The notes beneath the pieces were generated by a model that had not been told where the DNA came from, searched no databases, and saw only the letters and a program-made list of their open reading frames with translations. Made by a program: the position numbers and the translations under genes. DNA of 64,000 nucleotides from an uncultured Actinomycetes bacterium (lineage in GTDB: Bacteria; Actinomycetota; Thermoleophilia; RBG-16-64-13), in the NCBI GenBank assembly GCA_963841735.1, contig CAWJDT010000001.1, forward strand, positions 384,001 through 448,000, written 5' to 3'. This document shows positions 8,667-18,653 of this stretch, piece by piece. The stretch's first letter is position 1; every line of letters starts with the position of its first letter.

Positions 8667-9635
8667 ATGAGAGCCATGGTCTACAAACGGTACGGCCCAC
8701 CCGAGGTCCTGCATCCGGCTGAAGTGGAGAAGCCGGTGCCTCGGGACGACGAGGTGCTCATACGCGTTCGGGCCAGCACCGTGTCGGCCCCGGACTTCCG
8801 CTGCCGCAGCTTCACCGTGCCCCGCACGTATTGGGTCCCCGCCCGCCTCGCCCTGGGCGTCTTCAGCCCCCGGCGGCCGATACTCGGCGCCGAACTCTCC
8901 GGCGAGATCGTGGAGACAGGCAAAGCTGTGACCAGGTTCAAGAAGGGCGACCAGATCTTCGCCGCCACCATCGGTAGATTCGGCGGCTACGCCGAGTATG
9001 CGTGCCTGCCCGAGAACGGCGTGATTGCCCTCAAGCCAGCCAACATGACCTACGAAGAAGCCGCAGCGGTGCCCATAGGCGCCCGCGCGGCGCTCCACTT
9101 TCTCCGCAAGGCCGACATCCAGCCCGGCCAGAAGGTGCTTGTCTACGGGGCCTCGGGCAGCGTCGGCACCTTCGCCTTGCAACTAGCCAAGTACTACGGG
9201 GCGGAAGTCAGCGCCGTGTGCAGCGGCGCGAACCTTGAACTGGTGCGTTCGCTGGGCGCCGACAAGGCCGTCGACTACACCACGCAGGACTTCGCCGCGC
9301 AAGGCCCCATCTACGACGTCATCTTCGTGGCGGTGGACAAGGCCAAGTTCGCCGACTGCCTGCGCGCGCTCAAGCCGGGAGGTATCTTTCTGGACGCCAC
9401 CACGCCGGTGCGCACCCCGCGCATGCGCTGGGCGGCACTGACCGGCGGCAAGACCATAGTCACCGGTGAGCACCCGCCCGCGACGGCCGACGACCTGGTG
9501 TTTCTACGCGGCCTGATCGAGCAGGGCAAGCTGCGCTCAGCTATCGACCGGACCTACCCGCTGGAGCAGATAGTCGAAGCCCACCGCTACGTGGACCTCG
9601 GGCACAAGAAAGGCAACGTGGTGGTGACGGTCTAG
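8667..9635 (+). CDS. MDR-family NAD(P)-dependent oxidoreductase
   Basis: YGPPEVL, VLVYGASGSVG, GHKKGNVVV. Confidence 0.92.
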   Translation: MRAMVYKRYGPPEVLHPAEVEKPVPRDDEVLIRVRASTVSAPDFRCRSFTVPRTYWVPARLALGVFSPRRPILGAELSGEIVETGKAVTRFKKGDQIFAATIGRFGGYAEYACLPENGVIALKPANMTYEEAAAVPIGARAALHFLRKADIQPGQKVLVYGASGSVGTFALQLAKYYGAEVSAVCSGANLELVRSLGADKAVDYTTQDFAAQGPIYDVIFVAVDKAKFADCLRALKPGGIFLDATTPVRTPRMRWAALTGGKTIVTGEHPPATADDLVFLRGLIEQGKLRSAIDRTYPLEQIVEAHRYVDLGHKKGNVVVTV

Positions 9636-10393
9636 GCGGGCTCCGCGGGCTCAACGACCTTCACGCCCCTGATCACGAGCCACAATCCCAGCCCGACTTC
9701 CGCAACGAAGCTCAGGACGAACCCCGGGTACTTGATTGCAGGATGGGACGGCAGTAGTAGGGCCTGGCAGAACCAGATCAGCTCGGCCACCCCGTCGATC
9801 AGCAGAAGCACGCCGAGGAACCTGGGGAGAGACTTGGACTTGTAGACCAGATAGCCGAGCGGAAACAACCACGTGCCGAAAAACAGCTGAGCCGTGACGA
9901 AACCCGTCTTGTAGAGGCTGATGGACAGGTAGGAGAGTCCCTCCAACTGCGCCGCCGAGTATGCCTGCATCTGGCCCACGCCGTCTCCCATCAACAGCGC
10001 GGCAATGAGCGGGAACATGCTTGCGCACTGTATGGCCACACCTATTGCGTTGAGCACCAGAAAGAGCAGCGCCAGCTGCCGGTTCACCGGCCGCAGAAGC
10101 ACGTAGAGACCCCAGGCGGCCATGAGAAAGAGGAACGCCGACAGAAACGCTACGACAAGGCCAAAACGGAACAACAAGGCATGCGTGGTGATCGTCTCGT
10201 AGACGTCCTTGTCGCCACCCATCCCGATATGCCCCAGCAGGCCGGCAAGCACCGAGGCCAGGACGAACGCGAGGTAGAAGGCACCGGTGATCCTGGCCAT
10301 CCTTGGTTGCGACAGCTGACCGGCAAGGTTTGAAGACACCGCGACCCCTCCTTCGGTGGCTGAACGCCGTAGCACCGCAGGCAACTGTATCAC
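9632..10393 (-). CDS. DUF4386 membrane protein
   Basis: ARITGAFYL, LYVLLRPVN..LALLF, FFGTWLFPLGYLVYKS; true start probably ~10340. Confidence 0.8.
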   Translation of the reverse strand: MIQLPAVLRRSATEGGVAVSSNLAGQLSQPRMARITGAFYLAFVLASVLAGLLGHIGMGGDKDVYETITTHALLFRFGLVVAFLSAFLFLMAAWGLYVLLRPVNRQLALLFLVLNAIGVAIQCASMFPLIAALLMGDGVGQMQAYSAAQLEGLSYLSISLYKTGFVTAQLFFGTWLFPLGYLVYKSKSLPRFLGVLLLIDGVAELIWFCQALLLPSHPAIKYPGFVLSFVAEVGLGLWLVIRGVKVVEPAEPA

Positions 10394-10482
10394 CGGCGCC
10401 TAGCGCTAACCTGGCCCCGCGGCGCAGCAAGCGGCGCTCCCCAGACAGAAAGGGGCGCCTTTCGGCGCCCCGGTGCCCGCGC

Positions 10483-11000
10483 CTAGTCGCAAGCCAGTGC
10501 CGACTTGTTGAATCCTTTTGCTATCAACCACACGGCCAGGACCATCTCCTGAAGAGCTATGGGGATGTTGAGCACGGAATTGACCGTTGAGAAACCGAAG
10601 TCCTGGGTGAATCCGGAGTATATGGTCGCCACCAGCGACAGCGAGGCCGCGACAAACCCGAACACCCAATCCCGCACCGCAAGCAGCGCGTCTCCGGTAG
10701 TCTGAAACGAGAACACGGTAGCGGAGCCGGCGGCCAGAGAATCTTGGCCCACACTCAGCAGCGCAAGCATGCTGAGCGTCCCGATGAGGACGAACATCCC
10801 TTCGACCACTCTGCCGGCCACGGATCCAAGAGCTAGGGCTCGGTTGTGCCTCCTAAGCACCGGATACGGCGCTATGGCGATGCCGGCGCCGGAGACGGCC
10901 CAAATGAACTCGATGAGCGCTCCGAGAACGACGCGGCTGTCGTGTGCGGCCGACTTGGCAAGGTAGTCTGACCCATCGAGGAGCGAGCTTGTCGAAAGGG
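10483..11000 (-). pseudogene. DUF4386-like fragment (5' and internal deletions)
   Basis: IAIAPYPVLRRHN..LALG...R.VEG, PIALQEMVLAVWLIAKGF; no start. Confidence 0.65.
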
Positions 11001-11003
11001 CGC

Positions 11004-11756
11004 TTAGGGGACCGCGTTGACGACGACCGGGAGACCGCCCCTCCACCGGTCCCACAACTGCGGGTCTTGCACCAGTTCGCACATGAAGTGCGCAACGTTG
11101 GCCATGTTGGTGCTGTCGGGGCGAAAGAGACTGCTCACCAGGCCGTCGTGCAGGGAATACTCAGTGACTGCGCCCTCCCGGAGTGTGTCCGGACGCACCG
11201 CCACCCACTCCACGAACGGGTTGGCCGTCCCGATGCCGCGGCACAGGAAGTCGGCCGCTCTCTGGTTATCCTTGGACGGAGGGACCAGACCGCGCAACGC
11301 GACCAGCACTACCTTCTCGAACCACCCGCGACGCGCGTCGCGGCCCGCCGGCTTATTGACCGAGACGCTGCTCATGAGGATGTACTTCACCGGCTTGGCG
11401 GGTTGCACTGCCTCGATAGCCCAGCAGATCCTCGTCGCGGCCCGCGTGACCAGGTCGCGCGGTGAGCCGAACACGCCCTTGAGCGTGATGTTGTGGCCCA
11501 GGCACGAAACGACCGCGTTACACCCCTGCACCAAATCCCGCAGACGGTCATCCGGGAGCGCCAGCAGATCGGCCTCGACCACCGCGAACCCAGGGTCGGC
11601 GGAGACTCCCGCGGGCAGCCGGTCGGCCGACCGCACGATAGCCCGGACATTCACACCGCGCTCCAAGAGCTGCGTGAGGACCAGCCCTCCGGTGCGGCCG
11701 GTGCCGCCCAGCAGAAGTACCGTGGGCTGCTCCACACGGGCGCCGATCGTCTTCAT
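11004..11756 (-). CDS. NAD(P)H-binding (NAD_binding_10) oxidoreductase
   Basis: LLGGTGRTG Rossmann motif; WVAVRP. Confidence 0.85.
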   Translation of the reverse strand: MKTIGARVEQPTVLLLGGTGRTGGLVLTQLLERGVNVRAIVRSADRLPAGVSADPGFAVVEADLLALPDDRLRDLVQGCNAVVSCLGHNITLKGVFGSPRDLVTRAATRICWAIEAVQPAKPVKYILMSSVSVNKPAGRDARRGWFEKVVLVALRGLVPPSKDNQRAADFLCRGIGTANPFVEWVAVRPDTLREGAVTEYSLHDGLVSSLFRPDSTNMANVAHFMCELVQDPQLWDRWRGGLPVVVNAVP

Positions 11757-11977
11757 GACCTCTCCTCTGGATACTGGAATACGTCGTCAATCGGTACACC
11801 GAACACCCCTGCTATACGGAACGCCATCTCGAGCGAAGGGGAATAGCGGCCCTGCTCTATTGCGATGATGGTCTGCCTGGTCGCGCCCACCCGGTCGGCC
11901 AGCTCCGACTGTGTCATCTCACCCGCCGCAAACCGGAGCGCGCGGATGCTGTTGGTGACTCTTGTCGGCTTAACCAT
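11753..11977 (-). CDS. XRE-family HTH regulator
   Basis: MTQSELADRVGATRQTIIAIEQGRYSPSLE. Confidence 0.9.
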   Translation of the reverse strand: MVKPTRVTNSIRALRFAAGEMTQSELADRVGATRQTIIAIEQGRYSPSLEMAFRIAGVFGVPIDDVFQYPEERS

Positions 11978-11979
11978 GG

Positions 11980-12432
11980 CTAATAGCCCCTGCGATAGAA
12001 CACGATCTTGGCCGCCGCCGACGCCAGCGACCCGATCAGCAGGAACAGGAAGAGTGCGTTGGCGATCCAGAACTGGTCTTGGCGCCACATCGCCAGCGCA
12101 AGAGCCACCACCACGCCCACCGAGGAGACGTAGTAGCCCACGAGCTCGCCACGCCTATCGATCCCGACGTCCCGCTCATCCTCGCGGTCGATATCCTTGA
12201 CCAACCCTTCTCCCTTGATCTCCGCCGAGATGGCCGTGCCGATAGCCATGACGATGGTGCCGATGATGCTTGCGACGATCGTCGCCCCGATGGCGCCGAT
12301 CATCCACCACTTGTAGTCGATCTCACCGACGGCACCGCCGTTGAGCCTGGCGCCCACCACCGCGAAGTAGACCGCACCCACCGCGACAGAGACCAGCGCG
12401 CTGACCCACGCCATCTTCTCCTTGAAAGTCAT
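11980..12432 (-). CDS. Membrane protein (DUF2178-like)
   Basis: Four hydrophobic segments and DERD motif; coupled to XRE gene. Confidence 0.75.
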   Translation of the reverse strand: MTFKEKMAWVSALVSVAVGAVYFAVVGARLNGGAVGEIDYKWWMIGAIGATIVASIIGTIVMAIGTAISAEIKGEGLVKDIDREDERDVGIDRRGELVGYYVSSVGVVVALALAMWRQDQFWIANALFLFLLIGSLASAAAKIVFYRRGY

Positions 12433-12494
12433 TCCACGCCTCCCGATGTCTAGAATGTTTGACATCGTGAGTGTAAAGCAGTACGAACCTGCTG

Positions 12495-13013
12495 TCAAGT
12501 ATCTTTTACTTCCCTCGCGGCGAGGCGCTTACGCATCGTCCAGGCGTTGTCCATATCGGCGTGGTGCTCGAAGCCGAGACCGCGATACAGGTGCACCGCG
12601 GGGTTGTCGCATTCCACGCTGAGCGACAGAGACCGGACACCCTGCTCCGCCGCCAGCGCGAGCAGGCGGGTCATGAGCGCCGTCCCGACGCCCTGCCGAC
12701 GATAGCCCGGATCGACGCCAAGGCCGATCTCGGGAGTCGCGTCGTCGATGAAACCATAGGAGTGCAGCGACTCGGTCCAGCGCCGATACCAGGCGGCGCC
12801 GATGGCGCGCCCGCGGGCTTCGGCGATCACGGCTGTGTCACCGGGCCGGCCCCAGCCGGCGAGCAGGTAGGCCTGGCCGCTGGACTCGATGAACGCAAGC
12901 GGCGACTCCCAGCCGCCGGCCCCACGCCAGTCGAGAGCGTGGGCGAGAGCCGCCCGGAGGGCCGGCAGATCCGCTTCCGCGGCAGCGCGAACGGTGAACT
13001 TGACGTCACTCAC
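12495..13013 (-). CDS. GNAT acetyltransferase
   Basis: YGFID..TPE.GLGV.P.YRRQGVG, LSLSV..DNPA..LY. Confidence 0.85.
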   Translation of the reverse strand: MSDVKFTVRAAAEADLPALRAALAHALDWRGAGGWESPLAFIESSGQAYLLAGWGRPGDTAVIAEARGRAIGAAWYRRWTESLHSYGFIDDATPEIGLGVDPGYRRQGVGTALMTRLLALAAEQGVRSLSLSVECDNPAVHLYRGLGFEHHADMDNAWTMRKRLAAREVKDT

Positions 13014-13196
13014 GGCGCTCCTTGCCCATCTCCTCCAGAATGATCGCCGCTGTCTGAAACCAGACCCGACCATCCTATATTGCACGAACAAGTCGACGCG
13101 AAACCCAGAGCGTTCCGTTGGTACTGAACCCACGGGAAGGGTACCATCGGAGCTGAAGGTAATAGGCAAACACTCGGCCTAGGAGCGACGCGAGTA

Positions 13197-15467
13197 ATGC
13201 ATCAGACCACAGAAGATGGGTTTCAGGTACACAAGATGGGTCTTTGGTCGCCTGGGCCTGGATGCCACGGCGGCTGCGGAGCCAAGATCTATACCAAAGA
13301 CGGTCAATTCGTCAAGGTAGAGGGGGACGAGGATCATCCCTATCATCAGGGCAGGCTCTGTCCCCGCGCCCTGGCGCTGAAGCAGTATATCCACCACCCT
13401 GACCGCCTCCGCTACCCGGTCAAGCGTGTGGGCGAGCGCGGCTCGGGCAAGTGGGAGCGCATCAGCTGGGATGAGGCGCTGGACACCTGCGAATCTCGCA
13501 TGCGCGAGATTCGCGACAAGTACGGCGCCGAGAGCATGATCTTCGGCCAGGGCACCGGCCGCGACTCGGGCGGCCCCATCATCTTTCTGGCCTACGCCTA
13601 CGGCAGTCCCAACTGGACGCTCTTCGGCCTCTCAGGCATCGCCTGCTTCACCCCGCGCCTGGCCGCGTGCTTCCAGGTCATGGGCGACATGACCTTCCCC
13701 GACGCGGCGCAGTTCTTCCCCCAGCGCTACGCCGACCCGGACTGGAAGTGTCCCGAGCTGATCCTCAGCTGGGCCCGCAACCTGCAGGGAAGCCAGTGTG
13801 CCGACCACTACTTCAGCGGTCACTACGTCGTCGACATGATGAAGCGCGGGGCGAAACTCATCGTGGTCGACCCCTACAACGGCTGGGAGGTCGGGCGCGC
13901 CGAACTCTGGCTGCGCATCCGGCCGGGCACCGACGGCGCTCTGGCCCTGGGCATGATCAAGGTCATCATCGAGGAGAAACTCTACGACAAGGAGTTCGTC
14001 GAGAAGTGGACCTTCGGCTTCGACAAGCTGAAGCAAGAGGTGGCCAAGTACTCGCTCGACGAGCTCTCGCAGATAACCTGGATCCCCACGGAGAAGATCG
14101 TGAAGGCCGCGCGCATGTACGCAGCCGCCAAGCCGGCACAGATGCGCTTCGGCCAGCCGCTGGACTCCAACGCAGAGGCAGTCGCCACGGTCCACGGCCT
14201 GGCCAGCCTGTGGGCGCTCACCGGCAACATCGATAACCCCGGCGGCAACGTCATCTCGCGTCCGCCCTTCGGTGTCACCGTCTACCCGTACTCCACCGAA
14301 GAGGTCATCCAACTCTACGGCCAGGAGTTCGTCGACAAGATGAACCAGAAGCGCATCGGCGCCGACAAGTACCCGCTGGTGAAGAACTTCCGCTCCTGGG
14401 CCATGTCCGACGACGTGCTCGAGCAGATGGAGACCGGCAAGCCCTATCCCATCAAGGGCCTCTGGTGCCAGACCAACAACTTCCTCGCCGGCACCGCCCA
14501 GGATCCGCGCCGCCACTACGAAGCCGTGCGCAAGCTGGAGTTCAACGTCGTGGTCGACCCCTTCATGACCCCGACGGCGCAGGCCATCGCCGACATCGTG
14601 TTGCCGGCGGCCGCCATCACCGAGAAGGACTCGGCCTTCACCACGGGCGTGCCCTGCAACCCCATTTACAAAGTGGCCGAGACCGAAGAAGCGCGCATGG
14701 ACTGGGAGATCAACTTCGAACTCGCCAGGCGCCTGAACCCGGAGGCCGTGCCGTGGCCCAACGTCCGCGCGCTGTTCGATCAGCGCCTGTCGGTCACCGG
14801 CCACACCTTCGATTCGCTTGTGGAGGCCGGCTACGTCATGGCGCCCAAGGGCGATGCCACCACCCCCTACCATCGCCACGAGAAGGGTCTGCTGCGCCCC
14901 GACGGCCAGCCGGGCTTCCGTACGCCTTCGGGCAAGTTCGAGTTCTACAGCCAGAAGTTCGAGGAATACGGTCTGAATCCGCTGCCGCACCACGTGGAGC
15001 CCATCGAGAGCGAGGTCAGCACTCCCGAGATACACAAGGAGTACCCGCTGATAATGATCACCGGTCGCCGTGTGGGCGTCATGTTCCACTCCGAGCACCG
15101 CATGATCCCCTGGCTGCGCGAGATCAACCCCGATCCGCAGATTGAGATCCACCCCGACACAGCCACCAAGTACGGCATCAAAGACGGAGACTGGGTCCTC
15201 ATCGAGGGCACCCACGGCAAAGCCAAGCGCAAGGCGGTCATAACCCCCTTGACGCACCCCGACATCGTGCTCTGCCAGCACGGCTGGTGGATCCCCGAGG
15301 CCAAGTACGAGGGTGACGGCAATCCCTACAAGGTCTGGGATATCAACGTCAATCAGCTGATCCCCATGGGCAAGAACAGCAAGTCTGGTTTCGGCGGCGC
15401 CTTCACCAAGACGATGCTCTGCAAGATCTCCAAGGTGAAGGAAGGAGAGGAAGTCACCTATGTCTAG
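13197..15467 (+). CDS. Molybdopterin oxidoreductase catalytic subunit (acetylene hydratase/catechol dehydroxylase-like clade)
   Basis: PGCHGGC...LCPR Fe-S motif, PGTDGALA, ADIVLP, FRTPSGK, C-terminal MGD-binding domain. Confidence 0.92.
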   Translation: MHQTTEDGFQVHKMGLWSPGPGCHGGCGAKIYTKDGQFVKVEGDEDHPYHQGRLCPRALALKQYIHHPDRLRYPVKRVGERGSGKWERISWDEALDTCESRMREIRDKYGAESMIFGQGTGRDSGGPIIFLAYAYGSPNWTLFGLSGIACFTPRLAACFQVMGDMTFPDAAQFFPQRYADPDWKCPELILSWARNLQGSQCADHYFSGHYVVDMMKRGAKLIVVDPYNGWEVGRAELWLRIRPGTDGALALGMIKVIIEEKLYDKEFVEKWTFGFDKLKQEVAKYSLDELSQITWIPTEKIVKAARMYAAAKPAQMRFGQPLDSNAEAVATVHGLASLWALTGNIDNPGGNVISRPPFGVTVYPYSTEEVIQLYGQEFVDKMNQKRIGADKYPLVKNFRSWAMSDDVLEQMETGKPYPIKGLWCQTNNFLAGTAQDPRRHYEAVRKLEFNVVVDPFMTPTAQAIADIVLPAAAITEKDSAFTTGVPCNPIYKVAETEEARMDWEINFELARRLNPEAVPWPNVRALFDQRLSVTGHTFDSLVEAGYVMAPKGDATTPYHRHEKGLLRPDGQPGFRTPSGKFEFYSQKFEEYGLNPLPHHVEPIESEVSTPEIHKEYPLIMITGRRVGVMFHSEHRMIPWLREINPDPQIEIHPDTATKYGIKDGDWVLIEGTHGKAKRKAVITPLTHPDIVLCQHGWWIPEAKYEGDGNPYKVWDINVNQLIPMGKNSKSGFGGAFTKTMLCKISKVKEGEEVTYV

Positions 15468-15792
15468 AAAAGGCATATTGATCGACTACGACTACTGCAC
15501 AGGCTGCCACTCCTGCGAGGTGGCCTGCAAGCAGGAGCACGACTACCCGGTCGGCAAGGGCGGCATCAATTTGGTCGAGATCTTGACCGAGAAGCCGGAT
15601 AAGAGCTACCGAATCGACTACATCCCCTTCACCACCATGTACTGCGACCTATGCGCTGCACGGACCTCAAAGGGCGAGCAGCCCGCCTGCGTGAAGCACT
15701 GTCAGGCCTTCACCATGACCTACGGCGATGTGGCCGACTTGGCCAAGATCATGGAAAAGAAGCCGCACTGCGTGCTGTTCACGCCTCGCTAG
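15460..15792 (+). CDS. 4Fe-4S ferredoxin subunit
   Basis: CTGCHSCEVAC and CDLC...PACVKHC. Confidence 0.9.
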   Translation: MSRKGILIDYDYCTGCHSCEVACKQEHDYPVGKGGINLVEILTEKPDKSYRIDYIPFTTMYCDLCAARTSKGEQPACVKHCQAFTMTYGDVADLAKIMEKKPHCVLFTPR

Positions 15793-15818
15793 AACGCAGC
15801 CGATAGCCTGCCAATAAG

Positions 15819-15858
15819 AACAGGCCCGCCCCGAAACTGGGGTGGGCCTGTTTGCTTT
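15819..15858 (+). terminator. Rho-independent terminator
   Basis: AACAGGCCCGCCCC...GGGGTGGGCCTGTT followed by TGCTTT. Confidence 0.75.
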
Positions 15859-15879
15859 GCGCTCGGCTGTCCTGCGCAC

Positions 15880-15966
15880 GAACACGAGTGCCCCGCAGTC
15901 CATCCCACAGGGTGCGATCAACTCCGCCGTTAGCGAATCGGGATTCGCTGGTGCTGCATCCGCCAT
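15880..15966 (-). pseudogene. DUF3795-like N-terminal fragment (truncated cassette)
   Basis: MADAAP...ELIAPCGMDCG directly after an attC. Confidence 0.55.
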
Positions 15967-15990
15967 TGCTGTCCCCGCTCCATCAGTTGC

Positions 15991-16062
15991 ACCCAATGTC
16001 AAAGCTCACCTGCCACAATGGAGCGCTGCGGAATTGCGGTCAGGTGCAGCGCCTAGTTAGCT
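15991..16062 (-). repeat. attC site (R' mutated)
   Basis: AGCTAAC TAGGCGCTGCACCTGACC...GGCAGGTGAGCTTTGAC ATTGGGT on minus strand. Confidence 0.75.
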
Positions 16063-16070
16063 GGTGAGCG

Positions 16071-17303
16071 CTACATCTTCTCATCAAGGACTTTTCCCTT
16101 CTCGACATGATAAAGAGAAGGAATCACTTTCTGAAATTCCGCGACGTAATCCTCTTTCTTGATCCCTCTTCTGCGTTTAGCGTCCCGGGCGAATTCGAGA
16201 AATCCTTCGATGACTGTGGGGTCAACGGAGTCAGGTGACTGCTGGATGATCCCGACGGCGTTAAACCGATCCAGATTGAGCATATCCTCAGGGCCATGGA
16301 ATTCCTCCAAGACCTTTTCACCGGTTGTATCGCTTGCGGCGAAGTAACAAGGCCACTTCTTCTTTGGCAACAACTCGTTGATCCGGGATCGTGCTTCATC
16401 CTCTGAAGAACATTCGTACGCCTCATAGCCGAATTCGTTGAGAGTCTTCGCCGCGATCTCGAAGAATGTCCTTTCTTGAAGATTGCCGAGTTTTGGGAAG
16501 AAGACGTCGGCGTTTTCTCCCAAGACACACCCGAGGATACAAAGCTGGCCCGCCTCCTCGTGTGAAATGAAGTATCTCTTGACGTCCTTGGGGCCAGCAA
16601 GCGGTTGGCGCTTTTGGATCCGCATAAGAAATCCGAACGGCAAGCTCCCGTTTGAGAATGCGACGTTGGCGAAACGTGCAGTTGAGAAAGGCTGGCGTTC
16701 GGAGCGCAGCAGCAATACCTTTTCCATCACCATCTTGCTGGCGCCCATGAGATTCGCTGGGTTCACCGCTTTGTCCGATGAGACGGAGAAAAAATTGACA
16801 GCTGGTCGAGGGAGTTCTTGAAGAAATTCGTCCAGAAACAGTACATTGGTATCAACCATGCGCATCAAGCAGTAGACGTCTTTTTCCGAACGAACGTGCT
16901 TCATGGCGGATAAGTTGAAGATGTAATCAAACGGCTCGGATTCCTGGAAATAGCGGATGAACTCCGAACTCCCGAGACCGATGGGAAGCTCGGCAAACTC
17001 ATCGGGCACGTCGAACTCGCGCGAGGAACGGAGATCGCGGACAATTTCCACCAGACCGTTTTCATTGAGATCGAACAGCATGAGACTTCGCGGTGAGAAT
17101 TGTAGGAGACTCTTCACGACCGACGAGGCGATGGAACCGGCAGCACCGATGATCGCCACTCGGCGCCCCTGCAAGCGCTCAAGTAGGGTGTCTCTATTAT
17201 CTTCGATGTCCGCGGCGAATAGCGATAGTTCCCGACCTGTGGCAGCTCGTTCAAACTTCGAGATAGCATGGAGCGTCGGCAGAAGCATTCCTCCTCCTTG
17301 CAC
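16071..17303 (-). CDS. UDP-GlcNAc 4,6-dehydratase-like polysaccharide biosynthesis protein (Polysacc_synt_2)
   Basis: GAAGSIA, LSAMKHVRSE, VSSDKAVNPANLMGASK, RFANVAFSNGS, GEK; visibly lower GC. Confidence 0.9.
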   Translation of the reverse strand: MQGGGMLLPTLHAISKFERAATGRELSLFAADIEDNRDTLLERLQGRRVAIIGAAGSIASSVVKSLLQFSPRSLMLFDLNENGLVEIVRDLRSSREFDVPDEFAELPIGLGSSEFIRYFQESEPFDYIFNLSAMKHVRSEKDVYCLMRMVDTNVLFLDEFLQELPRPAVNFFSVSSDKAVNPANLMGASKMVMEKVLLLRSERQPFSTARFANVAFSNGSLPFGFLMRIQKRQPLAGPKDVKRYFISHEEAGQLCILGCVLGENADVFFPKLGNLQERTFFEIAAKTLNEFGYEAYECSSEDEARSRINELLPKKKWPCYFAASDTTGEKVLEEFHGPEDMLNLDRFNAVGIIQQSPDSVDPTVIEGFLEFARDAKRRRGIKKEDYVAEFQKVIPSLYHVEKGKVLDEKM

Positions 17304-17321
17304 TGCGTAGTACTTCGACCC

Positions 17322-17386
17322 AGCTAGCGTTCGTCCGCGGCTTCACCGGCAAGCGAAGCGCCGTCCGATGCAAGCCGCTGTTGCGA
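17322..17386 (-). repeat. attC site (degenerate)
   Basis: TCGCAAC AGCGGCTTGCATCGG...CCGGTGAAGCCGC...GCTAGCT; core matches AGCTAAC of the next attC. Confidence 0.7.
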
Positions 17387-17396
17387 AAGCCAGCAT

Positions 17397-17819
17397 CTAC
17401 TGCTGCTCGGCCCTGAGGGCGGCCAGGAACTCAGCAGGGCTGAACACCGGCAGTTCGGAAGCTGCGAAACCCTTTGCATCCCGCGTCACGATCGCCACTG
17501 CTCCGGACCTGCGCGCTGCCTCATGGAGCACGGCATCCTCGAAGTCCCCGAAGCCACTATCGAGGGCATCCCGCAACACGTCGCGGTCCACACAGGCCAC
17601 GTCGAAGATCATGAGCAACTTGCGAATGTGCTCCGTAGCGACCGAGGTTCCGACCGCCTTGGATGCAAGACAGTTGATGGTCGTCACAGTCGTAGAGCAG
17701 ATGACTCCTTCGAGACGACCGTCATCCACCAAGCTCATGACCTGCTCAGCCGCGCCGACATAGGGCTCACGGGCGAGCAGATGGTCAAGCACCACGTTCG
17801 TATCAAGAAGCACCTTCAT
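17397..17819 (-). CDS. PIN-domain toxin
   Basis: VLLDTNVVLD...DFEDAV...IVTRD. Confidence 0.9.
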   Translation of the reverse strand: MKVLLDTNVVLDHLLAREPYVGAAEQVMSLVDDGRLEGVICSTTVTTINCLASKAVGTSVATEHIRKLLMIFDVACVDRDVLRDALDSGFGDFEDAVLHEAARRSGAVAIVTRDAKGFAASELPVFSPAEFLAALRAEQQ

Positions 17820-18052
17820 AGATACTTCTCTTCAAGATGACGCTTGTAGTCGGATGCGTCCAAGCCAGAGCCGGCTAGAACGCCGCGAAGTGACCGGACG
17901 CGAGGAGTCGCGTCAATATCACCAGCCTCGGTCTCGATGAGGGCGAAGAAGTCCGCGACCAGTTGCGAGATGGATCTGCCCGACTCCGCCGAGTGGCGCT
18001 TGGCGCTCGTGATCAGCCTATTGTCAAGACGAAGTGTGAGTTTGGTGTTCAT
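17816..18052 (-). CDS. DUF6364-family RHH antitoxin
   Basis: MNTKLTLRLD...AK..S...G.SISQLV...YKRHLEEKY. Confidence 0.88.
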   Translation of the reverse strand: MNTKLTLRLDNRLITSAKRHSAESGRSISQLVADFFALIETEAGDIDATPRVRSLRGVLAGSGLDASDYKRHLEEKYL

Positions 18053-18359
18053 AGAATCCCTCCTGACGTATACCACTGAGCCATATTATACGTCACTGCG
18101 GTTCCGAGGCAACACGACGGCCGTGGTCTTCCCGACAATGCTTGCCCAGTATGAATAACTCGACCGCCGCAGCACCTCGGTGTCTGTGTAACAACGGTCT
18201 CGAGCTTCAAGACACCCCCACAATGCGACGTTCCGCGTGCTTTCGCGGCGGTTGCCGCCTCCCGTAGCGTCGTGAATATGCAGACTTCCATGAGAAGCCG
18301 GCCGGTGTCAAGAGCGATTCTTGGGTTGCTTCTTCCTCCTCTGCTCGGTTTCTATCATC

Positions 18360-18560
18360 CCTCTTCCGCCGCGAAGAGCCAAGACCACGGCCACGCTTCC
18401 ATTCGCACTTTTTGTCGGGAACCTATGGCGGGACCCGGTGCACGTTGGGGTCCGGCCGGGGGAAGCGCTGCTATCTGTATAGCGGCCTTGGGGACGGCAC
18501 CGGGTTGGTGTCGTTCTGTACGGCCGAGTCTGTGTGCGCAGTCGCTTTCACCCTGGGCGG
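18360..18560 (-). ncRNA. Putative bridge/seek RNA of the IS1111 element
   Basis: 3' non-coding region contains TATACAG and CAGAC (target matches) and ATGGAAG (donor match) within stem-loops; boundaries approximate. Confidence 0.65.
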
Positions 18561-18653
18561 TTGGTCTTTTTGCTGGTCTCCTGCGATGGGTTCACCCGCC
18601 GGTCTTCCTTGGTTATCGATCCTTCCCGTCGGCATCTCTCATCTTCACCGCTC

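Noticed and set aside
13100-13190. Hairpin upstream of the molybdoenzyme as a Moco riboswitch
   Set aside because: A stem is present (TCCGTTGGTAC/GTACCATCGGA) but I cannot match the Moco/Tuco consensus; needs an Rfam scan
13632-15476. Long antisense ORFs (also 28092-29534, 58424-60253, 61657-63525)
   Set aside because: Shadow ORFs typical of high-GC coding DNA opposite well-supported genes
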